A stretch of DNA of 64,000 nt from Pseudomonadota bacterium (GTDB lineage: Bacteria; Myxococcota; JACRCW01; JAFGSX01): NCBI GenBank assembly GCA_043821645.1, contig JBDRCO010000076.1, positions 130,965-194,964 of the forward strand, in the 5' to 3' direction. Numbering within the stretch: the stretch's first letter is position 1; each line of letters opens with the position of its first letter. Positions 18,379-28,022 of the stretch are shown piece by piece. Below the pieces are notes generated by a model. The model searched no databases. It worked only from the letters and a program-made list of their open reading frames with translations, and had not been told where the DNA came from. Position numbers and translations under genes: made by a program.

Positions 18379-20271
18379 ATGCTCGTTGATCGTCACCCCG
18401 CGCTGAGCATATCCAGGATCCTGGTGCCGACGCTTTGCGGCCTCGTGTTCGTGCTGGGCGGGTCCTGCGCACCCCCCCCGTGCTGCCGGGGTGACCTGGA
18501 CTGCGCCGAAGGCTACGCCTGCACGGGTGGGCAGTGCCGGCCCCGCTGCCGCTTCGAGGGCCAGTGTTCCCTTGGCCAGCGTTGTGATGTCGAGCGAGGA
18601 GTCTGTGTCGGGGGGACGCAGCGCCTGGCGTGTACTGTCGACGACGCGGGTCCTGGCGATGGCCCGGCGGTGGAGTCGGGTCGCGATGTTGGCACGGTGG
18701 ACGTCCGCGGAGACAGCGGGCGGCTGGATGTGACGGGCGTGGACCTGCCCGCGACAGATCGAGGACCTGGTGACGGCGGGGGCTCGGATCTCTCGGGTCG
18801 CGATCTGGTGCGGCGAGATGTCGGCACCGGGGACGTCACGGATTGGGACAAGCCGCCAGAAGAGGGGGGTGGCGACGGACCCGCGGTCTGCACGGACGAT
18901 ATCTTTGAGAACAACGACGACCGGCAGCATGCGGCGAGCATCACCAGCGCTCCCTTCGACGCGGTGCTGTGCCCGGGCGATCCTGATTTCTTCATCGTGG
19001 ACCGCGGGATGAACGCCATCGTGCGTGCCACCTTGCGCTGCCCCGATGCACCGGTTCCCATCAGCCTGATCCTCCGTCTGCCTGGAGGTGTCCGGCTGGC
19101 CAGGACCTGCCTGTCGTCGACCGGAGAGGTCACGGCGAACCTCTCGGTTCCCGAGCCAGGACCGGCCACCGTGGAGCTGAGTGCGGGAGGTGCGGAGCCC
19201 GTTCCCTACAACCTGCAGGTCGAGGTCGAGGGCACGCAGCCGCCCTGCGGCACCGATCCCTTCGAGCCCAACAACTCGGCTGCCGACGCCTTTGTGGTCC
19301 GCCACGGCAGTAGCCTCAACGCAGCGACCTGCAGCGAGGACCCGGACTTCTTCGCCGTGGTCATGATGATGGGGACCACGCTGTCGGTGCGCCAGGATGT
19401 GGGCACACCCTGCGCCGGAGACCGCCTCACCCTGCTGGGACCCAACGGTACGACCGTGCTCGCGGACGACGTGTCGGCGGCCTCGCAGCGCGTTGTGTCC
19501 TCGAGCGTCACCCAGTCTGGGACCTACTACGTGCAGGTACTGAGTGGATGCACCGAGAACAGCTACTACGCCCTGCGGGTAGGTGACAGCTCCTGCGCCG
19601 ATGACAGCCTCGAAGACAACGACAGCCTGGGTCAGGCCAGCAGTGTGGTCCCCTCCCGTATCGATGGGGCGATCTGTCGCGGCGACGATGACTACCTGGC
19701 CTTTGACGCAATCCAGGGGACTCCGCTGCGTCTGGACCTGAGATTCAGCCACTCCAGCGGAGACCTCGACCTGGCGTTGTTCGACCCGGTGGCTCGCCGC
19801 GTCGGCCTCGCCCAGGGCGTGGGTGACGAGGAGGTCGTGCAGTACACCGCCAGCCAGAGCGGGCGCTACACGGCGCGGGTGTACGGTTTCAATGGTGCCG
19901 AGGCTCCCTACAGCCTCGACATCTGCCTCGACGATCCCTGGGAGGAGAATGACAGCATCGACCGCGCCGTGGACCTGCCTGGGCGCAACCTCCGAGGGGT
20001 GCTGTGCCGTGGCGATGTGGACCATTTCAGCGTGGATCTCGTTGTACCGTCCGTCCTGCGCGCGACCTTTGTGCCAGAGCAAGGTCTGGCCGCCTCGCGC
20101 CTGAGCCTGGTACGCGCTCGTGACGGCGCCGAGGTGGCAGCCGCAGTTGTCCTGTCCGACGGCCAGCACCTCGAGTACATTCCCGACGAGAATGCGCGCT
20201 TCGTGCTGGTTGTGCAAGGACCGCCGGAGACCACGCTGTATGACTTGCAGGTGGTGATCCAGCAGGACTGA
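18379..20271 (+). CDS. Lipoprotein with Cys-rich N-terminus and tandem PPC-like (pre-peptidase C-terminal) domains
   Basis: Four CxDDxxExND...A..C..D.D.F repeats and DLDLALFD..GRYTARVYG. Confidence 0.8.
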   Translation: MLVDRHPALSISRILVPTLCGLVFVLGGSCAPPPCCRGDLDCAEGYACTGGQCRPRCRFEGQCSLGQRCDVERGVCVGGTQRLACTVDDAGPGDGPAVESGRDVGTVDVRGDSGRLDVTGVDLPATDRGPGDGGGSDLSGRDLVRRDVGTGDVTDWDKPPEEGGGDGPAVCTDDIFENNDDRQHAASITSAPFDAVLCPGDPDFFIVDRGMNAIVRATLRCPDAPVPISLILRLPGGVRLARTCLSSTGEVTANLSVPEPGPATVELSAGGAEPVPYNLQVEVEGTQPPCGTDPFEPNNSAADAFVVRHGSSLNAATCSEDPDFFAVVMMMGTTLSVRQDVGTPCAGDRLTLLGPNGTTVLADDVSAASQRVVSSSVTQSGTYYVQVLSGCTENSYYALRVGDSSCADDSLEDNDSLGQASSVVPSRIDGAICRGDDDYLAFDAIQGTPLRLDLRFSHSSGDLDLALFDPVARRVGLAQGVGDEEVVQYTASQSGRYTARVYGFNGAEAPYSLDICLDDPWEENDSIDRAVDLPGRNLRGVLCRGDVDHFSVDLVVPSVLRATFVPEQGLAASRLSLVRARDGAEVAAAVVLSDGQHLEYIPDENARFVLVVQGPPETTLYDLQVVIQQD

Positions 20272-20314
20272 TGATGTTCAGAGGCGGTGCGTCCACCCCC
20301 CACCCGACGAGGAT

Positions 20315-21889
20315 GTGCTCGCCGAGCTCATCCGGACAGCAACGACGATGACAGCTCCTGCTACCCCCAAGCCCCAGTCCGCTGCGCTCCGGGAACTGTA
20401 CCAGCGCATCTGTGAGCAGGTGGATGCACCCACGCTGGTGGTTTTGCTCTACGCGTCTCTCGAGCGCAAGCGCCTGGAGGGGCTGTATACGCGATTCGCT
20501 CCGCGCCAGGGGCCGCGGGTGCAGGGGTTGGCCAAGGAAGAGCTGGTCGGCGCCGTTGCCGGCTGGTTCTTCTCGTCGCTGGACGTGGCGCACGCTGTGA
20601 TCCGCGAACTCGACCGCGTCGCCAGCAAGGAACGCCACATCGTGGCCTCGCTCCCCGACGCCAGCATCGCCGAGCGGCTCGAACGCTACCAGGCGCTGGA
20701 TTTCAGGCGCGAACGCGCCAAGCTGGTGTGGGCCTTGCTCCGCGATGATCGCGCCGAGGCCCACGGCGTGGCCAGTGAGGTGTCTCGCGAGATGGTCGCA
20801 CTGGCCCAGGGTGATGTTTCCGAGGCGGTCCCTGCTGCGGGCGCCGACGATGACAGCCGACTTGCCTCGCTTCGAGACAAGCTCGCCAGCTACGAGAACG
20901 GGCTGCAGGAAGTGAAGGGGCGGGTCAAGGGACTCCAGGGTCAAGTTCAGCGCCTGGAGCGCGAGCGCGCCGAGCTCATCGTCACCATCGGCCGCAAGGA
21001 GAGTGCCTTGCGCGCCGAGGAGAGCCAGCGCCGCGCCGCCGACGAGGCCGTCCTGGCAGCGCAGCGTACGATCAGGGAACTCGAACATAGGCTCGCGGCC
21101 ATCGGCCCCGACGAGGTGCAACGGCTGGCCGAGGAGCGCAGCCAGCTGGAGCAGAAGCTCCGACGCCTGGAGAAGAAGGCCGAGCACACCCTGGAGACCG
21201 AGCGCCTGCGCGATGAGAGGGACGCCCTGCGGCTTCAGATCGAGGAACTCGAAGGGGCACAGATGCGCAGCCGCGACGAGCGGCAACAGCTGCTGCAAAC
21301 ACTGGTGGTGCGGGACCGCGCCACCCAGGAGCGTCTCTCTCACATGCGCGAAGCGCTCAAGGCCGCACGGCGCATGACCCAGACCACGGGCGACGCTGGC
21401 GAGCCGACTCCGCGCAACCGCGACGAGCGGCTCGGCATCTTCGTTGACGCAGCCAACGTCAGTGCCAGCGCCAAGCGTGCGCATGGTAGCCACTTCGATT
21501 TTCATACGGTGCTCGCCCTGGCCGGCGATCGAGAGCGTGTGGTGACCCTGGCCTACGTCGTCGACAACGGCCAGCCGGGCTTCCAGGCGTTCGCCTCGGC
21601 CCTGCGGCAAATGGGTTTCACGGTCAAGGTCAAGAAGCCCAGTGTGAGGCCGGATGGCAGCATCAAGGCCGACTGGGACATGGCCATCGCCATGGACATC
21701 GTGGAGGCCCGTCACCGCGTCGACACCGTGCTCATCGCATCGGGCGATGGCGACTTTGTGCCTCTGGTCCGACGCCTCAAGCGCTGGCGAAAGCGGATCG
21801 AGGTCACGGCCTTCGATCATGCGATCCATCCCGAGCTCAAGCGCACGGCCGATGCCTACTGGCCCCTCGGGGCGCAGTCCTTGACCTGA
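20315..21889 (+). CDS. Coiled-coil protein with C-terminal NYN (LabA/DUF88, PIN-like) domain
   Basis: IFVDAANV, KADWDMAIAMD, IASGDGDFVPLV and ELKRTAD. Long heptad-rich central region. Confidence 0.88.
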   Translation: MLAELIRTATTMTAPATPKPQSAALRELYQRICEQVDAPTLVVLLYASLERKRLEGLYTRFAPRQGPRVQGLAKEELVGAVAGWFFSSLDVAHAVIRELDRVASKERHIVASLPDASIAERLERYQALDFRRERAKLVWALLRDDRAEAHGVASEVSREMVALAQGDVSEAVPAAGADDDSRLASLRDKLASYENGLQEVKGRVKGLQGQVQRLERERAELIVTIGRKESALRAEESQRRAADEAVLAAQRTIRELEHRLAAIGPDEVQRLAEERSQLEQKLRRLEKKAEHTLETERLRDERDALRLQIEELEGAQMRSRDERQQLLQTLVVRDRATQERLSHMREALKAARRMTQTTGDAGEPTPRNRDERLGIFVDAANVSASAKRAHGSHFDFHTVLALAGDRERVVTLAYVVDNGQPGFQAFASALRQMGFTVKVKKPSVRPDGSIKADWDMAIAMDIVEARHRVDTVLIASGDGDFVPLVRRLKRWRKRIEVTAFDHAIHPELKRTADAYWPLGAQSLT

Positions 21890-21921
21890 GCGCCGGCGCG
21901 CGAGATATGCTCCCCTTGCTC

Positions 21922-22337
21922 GTCGGAGGCGGCTGGGTGGCCGCCGGCCTCGCTCGCGCGGGGCGGGAGGAAAGTCCGGGCTCCACAGGGCAGGGTGGTC
22001 CCTAACGGGGACTCGGGGTGACCCGCAGGAAAGTGCCACAGAAATCACACCGCCGTCCGGACCCGTGGGGTGCGGCTTCGCCGTCGACGCGGGGCCTCCG
22101 GGCAGCAAGGTTGAAATGGTGCGGCAAGAGCGCACCGCGCTCACGGTGACGTGGGTGGCACGGTAAACCCCACCTAGAGCAAGGCGAAGAAGAGCCGAGG
22201 CGCCTTTGGGCGCATGGGTGGCCCGCCCATCGGCTCGGGTGAAGCCGCTGCAGGCGGCAGGCAACTGCCGTCGTAGAGGAATGGTCACCACCCGTCGTCA
22301 GACGGGGACAGAACCCGGCTTACAGGCCGCCTCCGAC
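21922..22337 (+). ncRNA. rnpB: Ribonuclease P RNA, bacterial type A
   Basis: GAGGAAAGTCCGGGCTC, GGAAAGTGCCACAGAAA, GGTAAACCCCAC..GAGCAAG and ACAGAACCCGGCTTA. The ends pair as P1 (GTCGGAGGCGGC / GCCGCCTCCGAC). Confidence 0.97.
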
Positions 22338-22370
22338 GAGTTTCTCTTTTTCAACATGCAGGATGCGCGC

Positions 22371-22387
22371 GGGGGGGGGGGGGGGGG
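22371..22387. repeat. G17 homopolymer between rnpB and a convergent gene
   Basis: 17 consecutive G. Confidence 0.9.
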
Positions 22388-22400
22388 CCCTGCGCCGGAC

Positions 22401-23912
22401 TCACACCCGGTACAGCACGTCCAGGTAGCGCGCGAGCAGGTCGCCGACGATGCTGCGGACGGGGAGAGTGGCGGCCATGCCGTAGACCGGGGCCATGCCA
22501 CCCTGCGCATCGGGGTTGTCCCGGACCCACTGGACGCATTGCCACAGGTCGTCGACAAAACGCTCGGCCACACCTGGCTGGGTATGGCGCAGAGTGACGG
22601 CGAGGTGAACGCAGGCTGGCTTGTGCAAGCCATTGAGGTTCCAGCCCCGCTTTGTCATCTGATCCATCACCCGATAGACATCGAGCTCATCGGAACCGAA
22701 GGCGATGATCCACAGAGGGTCGCCCATGACCTTGAGGCCTGGGATGTCCTGGACACCGCGCTTGATCTTCTGTCCCGTGTCGACGATGCGTCGCGTGGCG
22801 TCGAGGTAGCCCTGCTCGCCGAGGCTGATCAGGGTGGCCCAGCACGCGGCGCTGAGGGCGCCAGGGCGGCTGCCCGCGAGGGTGGGCGAGAAGTACATGC
22901 CCCCGGGCCAGTCGGTGATCGTGTAGTACTGGAAGCGTCGCAGCGGCAGGTCGCGATAGAGCACCACCGACGTGCCCTTGGCCGAGTAGCCGTACTTGTG
23001 CGTGTCGGCCGACATGGAGGTCACACCCGGCAGCTCGAAGTCGAAGGGCGGCACGGCGTAGCCCAGCCGTCGTGCCCAGGGCAGCACGAAGCCACCCAGA
23101 CAGGCGTCGGTGTGAAAGCCGACACCGTGTTCCCGGGCCAGCTCGCTGAGTTCGGCGATGGGATCGATGATGCCGTGCGGGAAGGTCGGTGCCGAACCCA
23201 CGATGGCCACGGTGCGGCGGCTGAGGGCTGCGCGCACCGACGCGACGTTCGCCCGCATGCCCTCGTCGACAGGTGTGCGCACGATCTTCATGCCGAAGTA
23301 CTGTGCCGCCTTGTCAAACGCGGCATGGGCCGTGACGGGCGCAATGATCTCGGCGCGCCGCAGGCCGTGCTCGGCGCGGGCGCGATCCCGGTAGACCTTC
23401 ATTGCCAGCAGGATGCTCTCGGTGCCGCCCGAGGTGACGGCGCCGCAGACCTCGGCATCGGTGGCGCGATCGCTTCCCAGCATGTGCGCCGTCATGGACA
23501 CGATCTCGGCCTCGTACTTGGACGTCGATGGCCACACATCCGAGTGCAGCGGGTTGCTCTGCGAGTTCACGGCATAGGCCTGGTTGAGGAACTCGATGTG
23601 GGCAGGGTCCCCGTGATAGACCGCGCCTGACACGTAGCCTTGATCCCAGCGTGCGTTCTCCTCGCCTGTCATGGTCCGCATGTCCGCCAGCACCTTCTCG
23701 CGCGCCACGCCCTGTGCCGGCAGGCGCGCGTGGCTCGCGAAGCGGTCGCGGTAGGGGCGCGCGCTGGCCTCGAGGTCGTGCATGACCTCGGACATTTCCT
23801 TGTCCACCGCCCGCTGCACCTGGGGGATGCGGCGCAGCACCCGGAACAGGGCTCCCGCGACGCGGGGGTCGACGTGTTGACCGAGTGTGTCGACGACGTT
23901 CTTGAACTCCAT
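22401..23912 (-). CDS. Sphingosine-1-phosphate lyase-like PLP-dependent enzyme (group II decarboxylase family)
   Basis: [42 protein letters not shown] lysine in [16 protein letters not shown] and APVYGMA. Confidence 0.85.
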   Translation of the reverse strand: MEFKNVVDTLGQHVDPRVAGALFRVLRRIPQVQRAVDKEMSEVMHDLEASARPYRDRFASHARLPAQGVAREKVLADMRTMTGEENARWDQGYVSGAVYHGDPAHIEFLNQAYAVNSQSNPLHSDVWPSTSKYEAEIVSMTAHMLGSDRATDAEVCGAVTSGGTESILLAMKVYRDRARAEHGLRRAEIIAPVTAHAAFDKAAQYFGMKIVRTPVDEGMRANVASVRAALSRRTVAIVGSAPTFPHGIIDPIAELSELAREHGVGFHTDACLGGFVLPWARRLGYAVPPFDFELPGVTSMSADTHKYGYSAKGTSVVLYRDLPLRRFQYYTITDWPGGMYFSPTLAGSRPGALSAACWATLISLGEQGYLDATRRIVDTGQKIKRGVQDIPGLKVMGDPLWIIAFGSDELDVYRVMDQMTKRGWNLNGLHKPACVHLAVTLRHTQPGVAERFVDDLWQCVQWVRDNPDAQGGMAPVYGMAATLPVRSIVGDLLARYLDVLYRV

Positions 23913-23926
23913 GGCGGTGCCCTCTT

Positions 23927-25504
23927 TCAGTGGCGGTTGAGTCTCGCGTGCAGGCCCTTGTTGCGCTTGTACAGCTGCAAGAACACCTCGAACATCTCGT
24001 CGTACACGGCGCGGTTGGTTGACGTCGGTGTGAAGGTCCGCGCGATGGGCACGCGCTCCGGGATGTCCTCGAGGCGCAGTCGCCCCAGTGCCATTGCCGC
24101 CAGGAGCCCGGCGCCGCGGGCATTGGCCTGGATCGGGTCCTTCACTTGCTGCACGTCGTGGTTCCACACGTCGGCAAAGATCTGGCACCACACGTCCGAG
24201 GTGGCACCGCCGCCAATGATGCGAATGGGGTCGAGGCGCCGCCCGGCAAAGCGTTCGACATGATGCAGGAGCCAGCGCGCGTTGAAGGCCACACCCTCGT
24301 ACACGGCCCGGAGCATGTGCTCACGGGTGGTCTGCAGCGAGATGTTGAAGAAGCTGCCACGAACCGAATGGTCCTCGACCGGGGTGCGCTCGCCGTAGAG
24401 CCAGGGCGTGAACAGCAGTCGATGGCTGCCTGCGGGCACGCTGGCCACGATCTGGTCGAACACCTTGTACACGTCGGGTTGGTGGGTCTCCTGCAGCAGC
24501 GCATCCTTGTGATAGACGATGTTGTCGCGCAGGAAAGTCAGGCAGGCGCCCGAGGTCTCCTGCTCGTCGGCGATGAAGTAGCGGCCGGGCAGTCCCGAGG
24601 GCAACGAGGCCATGTTGTGCAGGAGGTCGGTTTTCTTGAAGGGCACGTGACAGGTGAGCCACGACGAGGTGCCCACGTAGAAATGAGATTCATAATCGCG
24701 CACAGCGCCGGATCCGACAGCGGCCGAATGCAGGTCCGGTGTTCCCATGACCACCTGCACCGAGGGGTTCAGGCCCAGGGCGTCTGCCGACGCTGCGGTC
24801 AGGGTCCCCAATACCGCGTCGACGGGGAGCAGCTCCGGCAGCTTGGCGCGGTCTATCCCGCTGCGCCGGATCAGCAGATCACTGTAGTGCACGTTGCGGA
24901 TGTCGCGATTGTCGGTGACCCAGGTCAGCGTGATCGTGGCAAAGGACGCTGCCATGCGGCCGGTGAGACGCGCGTTGAGCCAGTCCATGGGCTCGAGCAG
25001 CTTGTGTGCCGCGCGGTAGATGTCCGGTCGCTGGTCCTTGAGCCAGAGCATGTGCGCGATGGAGTCCTTGCCCGAGTGCCCCGGCGCGCCCCCGGTCAGG
25101 CGCAGGTAAGCTGGTAACTTGCGCAGGCTATAGCCGTCGATGGCCACCAGACCGCCGGTCAGGCGCTTCATGTAGCGGCTGCCGCGCGAGTCCATCCAGA
25201 TGATGGCGCGGCACAGGGGCCTGTTGTCCCTGTCGACAGGCACTGTTCCCGACCACTGGGTGGTGCAGCACAAGGCGACGATGCGGTCACGCGAGGCGAG
25301 CTGTCTCGCGTGCAGGCGTGCCACGGCCGTGGTGATGGCTGTCCACCAGTCCTCGGGGTCTTGCTCGGCACCGCCACCGTCCAGCAGGTGCAGGGGAGTG
25401 GTCTCTATCTCGTGACCGAGCACGTCTCCCTGCATGGTCACCAGGGCGACCTTGGGGCCTGAGGTGCCCAGGTCGATGGCCAGCACGCAATCCTGTTCCG
25501 TCAT
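23927..25504 (-). CDS. FGGY-family carbohydrate kinase (xylulokinase-like)
   Basis: [44 protein letters not shown] and IIGGGATS. Confidence 0.9.
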   Translation of the reverse strand: MTEQDCVLAIDLGTSGPKVALVTMQGDVLGHEIETTPLHLLDGGGAEQDPEDWWTAITTAVARLHARQLASRDRIVALCCTTQWSGTVPVDRDNRPLCRAIIWMDSRGSRYMKRLTGGLVAIDGYSLRKLPAYLRLTGGAPGHSGKDSIAHMLWLKDQRPDIYRAAHKLLEPMDWLNARLTGRMAASFATITLTWVTDNRDIRNVHYSDLLIRRSGIDRAKLPELLPVDAVLGTLTAASADALGLNPSVQVVMGTPDLHSAAVGSGAVRDYESHFYVGTSSWLTCHVPFKKTDLLHNMASLPSGLPGRYFIADEQETSGACLTFLRDNIVYHKDALLQETHQPDVYKVFDQIVASVPAGSHRLLFTPWLYGERTPVEDHSVRGSFFNISLQTTREHMLRAVYEGVAFNARWLLHHVERFAGRRLDPIRIIGGGATSDVWCQIFADVWNHDVQQVKDPIQANARGAGLLAAMALGRLRLEDIPERVPIARTFTPTSTNRAVYDEMFEVFLQLYKRNKGLHARLNRH

Positions 25505-25548
25505 CGTGCCCTCCCGTCGCTCGTCGAAGCCCGGTCCGCACTCCGTTG

Positions 25549-26538
25549 TCACGACACGAGGACCACCTTGCCCAGGTGCGCCATGGAGTTCATCTCCTGG
25601 ATCGCGTCCTGCACCTTCTCCAGCGGGTGGCACCGATGTACGCGGGGTGTCAGGGCGCCGGATGCGAAGTGTTGCATCAGCGCGTCGTAAATTGCGTCGA
25701 GGCGTGAGCGTGGCCAGCTCTCCAGCGCGCGGGTGAGCCAGAAGCCCTCGACGCGGCGCTGGCCAAAGATCAGGGCACCGGGATCCAGCTGCAAGGTCTC
25801 GAGGCTGAGCGCGCCGTACATGACCATCTGGCCACCCTCGCGCAGTGCCTTGACACAGGCGCGCCCGGTGGCGCCACTGACCGCATCGAGCGCCGCGTCG
25901 GCTCCCTCGCCACCTGTCATCTCCCGGGCGGCCAGGACCAGACCGCCCTGGCCCTCGACCACGACGTGTTCGGCCCCTGCGGCCTCCAGCGCGTCCACAC
26001 GGTCAGGACGGCGCGTGGTGGCGATGGCGCGGAGCCCGAGATGGCGGCAGATGTCGAGGGCTGCCAGCCCGGTGGGGGAGGTCGCAGCGGTGAGCACGAC
26101 CACCTGGCCCGCCTGCAGCTGCATCACCTCGACCAGGCAGATCCAGGCCGTGAGGTAACTGACGAAGGCTCCACCCGCCTGCGCGTCGTCGAGACGTTGA
26201 GGCGTCGGAAACACGTCCTGCGCGCGCACACACACCTTCTCGCACCAGGTTCCACTGCCGATGGCTGTGCCGTTGCGCAGCATCACGCGGTCTCCTGGCG
26301 TCAGGCCGTGGACCTCAGCGCCCAGCGCAGCGATCACGCCGGCGCCTTCGCGTCCGGGGATGGCTGGCAGGTCGGGCAGCCGGGCATAGCGGCCGAGGAC
26401 CATCAGGATCTCGGCGCGGTTGATGCCGCGCGCCGTGAGCGTCACCAGGACCTCGCCCGGGCCAGGACTGGGGTCCGGCAGATCTTCGATGACCAGCGCG
26501 TCAGGGCCTCCGTGCGCGTGTAGCCGCACTGCTTTCAT
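25549..26538 (-). CDS. NADPH:quinone oxidoreductase / MDR family
   Basis: MKAVRLHAHGGP, PGREGAGVI, SYLTAW and GKVVL. Confidence 0.88.
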   Translation of the reverse strand: MKAVRLHAHGGPDALVIEDLPDPSPGPGEVLVTLTARGINRAEILMVLGRYARLPDLPAIPGREGAGVIAALGAEVHGLTPGDRVMLRNGTAIGSGTWCEKVCVRAQDVFPTPQRLDDAQAGGAFVSYLTAWICLVEVMQLQAGQVVVLTAATSPTGLAALDICRHLGLRAIATTRRPDRVDALEAAGAEHVVVEGQGGLVLAAREMTGGEGADAALDAVSGATGRACVKALREGGQMVMYGALSLETLQLDPGALIFGQRRVEGFWLTRALESWPRSRLDAIYDALMQHFASGALTPRVHRCHPLEKVQDAIQEMNSMAHLGKVVLVS

Positions 26539-27209
26539 GTGTTGTCCTCGTTCTTGCTCGCAACCTGCGCCCCTCGCCAGCCCGTGGCGACGATGTAGAC
26601 CTCCTTGCTGTGGGTCCGCGTCGCCCGTGGCCGGATCTGGCGTACCTGGGCAAAATCCTTTTGCAGACCAAGGATCAGGTGTGGCACATCTCCGCCGTCA
26701 AAGATCTTGGCGACCACGCCACCTCCGGTGGACAGCAGTAAACTGGCAAGGCTCAGCGCCCTCTCGACCAGGGACATGGAACGGGCCTGATCCACGCCCT
26801 TGATGCCGGTGGTGTGTGGCGCCAGATCCGACAGCACGACGTCGAAAGCACCGCCCGCGGCTTCGCGGAGCCGTGCCGGATCTACGGTGAAGACATCCGC
26901 CTGCAGCGTGATAACGGTGGGTCCAAGTGACAGCGTCACCGGTTCGAGATCCACACCCACCACGCGGCCGTGGGGGCATATCGCGCGAGAGGCCAGCTGG
27001 AGCCAGGCTCCGGGCGCACAGCCAAGATCGAGCACGCGCGCCCCGGGCTGGATCACGCGGGTGCGGGCCTGGATCTCATCGAGCTTGAATACCGAGCGCG
27101 CCGCAAATCCCTGTTCCCGGGCCTTGTGGTAGTAGGCATCGTGCCGCTCGTAGGAACCACGCTGTTTGCGGTCACGACCGCCGGGTGCTGGGCGTCGTCG
27201 ATCTGTCAC
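26535..27209 (-). CDS. rlmE: 23S rRNA (U2552-2'-O)-methyltransferase RlmE/FtsJ
   Basis: ARSVFKL, LDLGCAPGAW, VLSDLAP, AKIFDG and SKEVY (K-D-K-E tetrad). Confidence 0.93.
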   Translation of the reverse strand: MTDRRRPAPGGRDRKQRGSYERHDAYYHKAREQGFAARSVFKLDEIQARTRVIQPGARVLDLGCAPGAWLQLASRAICPHGRVVGVDLEPVTLSLGPTVITLQADVFTVDPARLREAAGGAFDVVLSDLAPHTTGIKGVDQARSMSLVERALSLASLLLSTGGGVVAKIFDGGDVPHLILGLQKDFAQVRQIRPRATRTHSKEVYIVATGWRGAQVASKNEDNT

Positions 27210-27212
27210 GAT

Positions 27213-28022
27213 CTACCTGGGAACCACCAGCACCTTGCGTGCTGCGCTGCCACTGATGTCCTCGGCCACCACCACCACCTGTTCCTCGCCCGGGGACAGC
27301 GCGGCCATGAACTCGCCTCCGGAGTCGGGGTACGTCACCTCGCCGTTGACGTACACCCGGCTTCCCGGCGTTACGTGCCCGCTGACCGTGGGCAGTTCAC
27401 CCGGTCGGGTGCGGGCTGCCACCTGCACCTTGAGGGCGAGGTCGGGCACCTGGTCTGTGACCACGGCCGGGGCCAGGGGAGAGAGGATGAAGACCTGACC
27501 GGGCTTGACCTCGGTCGGTCGGTCGTCGCCCTCGTGAACCAGGGCGGTTCCCTCGACACAGAGCCCGCACAGGAGGCCCTTGCCGTCGGCGATGATGTGG
27601 AAGGACCCCGGGAGCAGCTCGACGTGACTTGCCGCAGCCAGGGATCCGACGGTGGTCCCGGCGGAGTGGTCGACCTCGATGTGCAAGCGCCCGTTATCGA
27701 GCAGCCACTGTGGACCCGTCGCTGCTGCTCGGCGGGAACGGATCCCAGTGCTGTCGTACAGACGCAGGGTGCCCCGTGCCGTCTCGACCGAGGCGCTCGA
27801 GAAATCGCCGGTCCGGACCTCGGTGTCCGCTGCGATCCAGGATGCCGGCGTGGCGCGTTCGGGACGCCCTCCACTGGCGCGCACCTCGACCGTGCCCACG
27901 ACCTCGCGCACCACGCCCGCCCGGCCCCGGTAACCCAGCGGATGCCCCTGCTTGACCAATGTGACCCCGACCAGTGCCAGGGCAGCCACCAGCATCGCTG
28001 CCGCAGCAATCTTGAGCCTCAT
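27213..28022 (-). CDS. FecR-like beta-domain membrane/exported protein
   Basis: N-terminal hydrophobic segment, VVGTVEVR..EVRTGDFSSASV, VEGTALV, and a C-terminal Ig-like domain. Confidence 0.6.
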   Translation of the reverse strand: MRLKIAAAAMLVAALALVGVTLVKQGHPLGYRGRAGVVREVVGTVEVRASGGRPERATPASWIAADTEVRTGDFSSASVETARGTLRLYDSTGIRSRRAAATGPQWLLDNGRLHIEVDHSAGTTVGSLAAASHVELLPGSFHIIADGKGLLCGLCVEGTALVHEGDDRPTEVKPGQVFILSPLAPAVVTDQVPDLALKVQVAARTRPGELPTVSGHVTPGSRVYVNGEVTYPDSGGEFMAALSPGEEQVVVVAEDISGSAARKVLVVPR

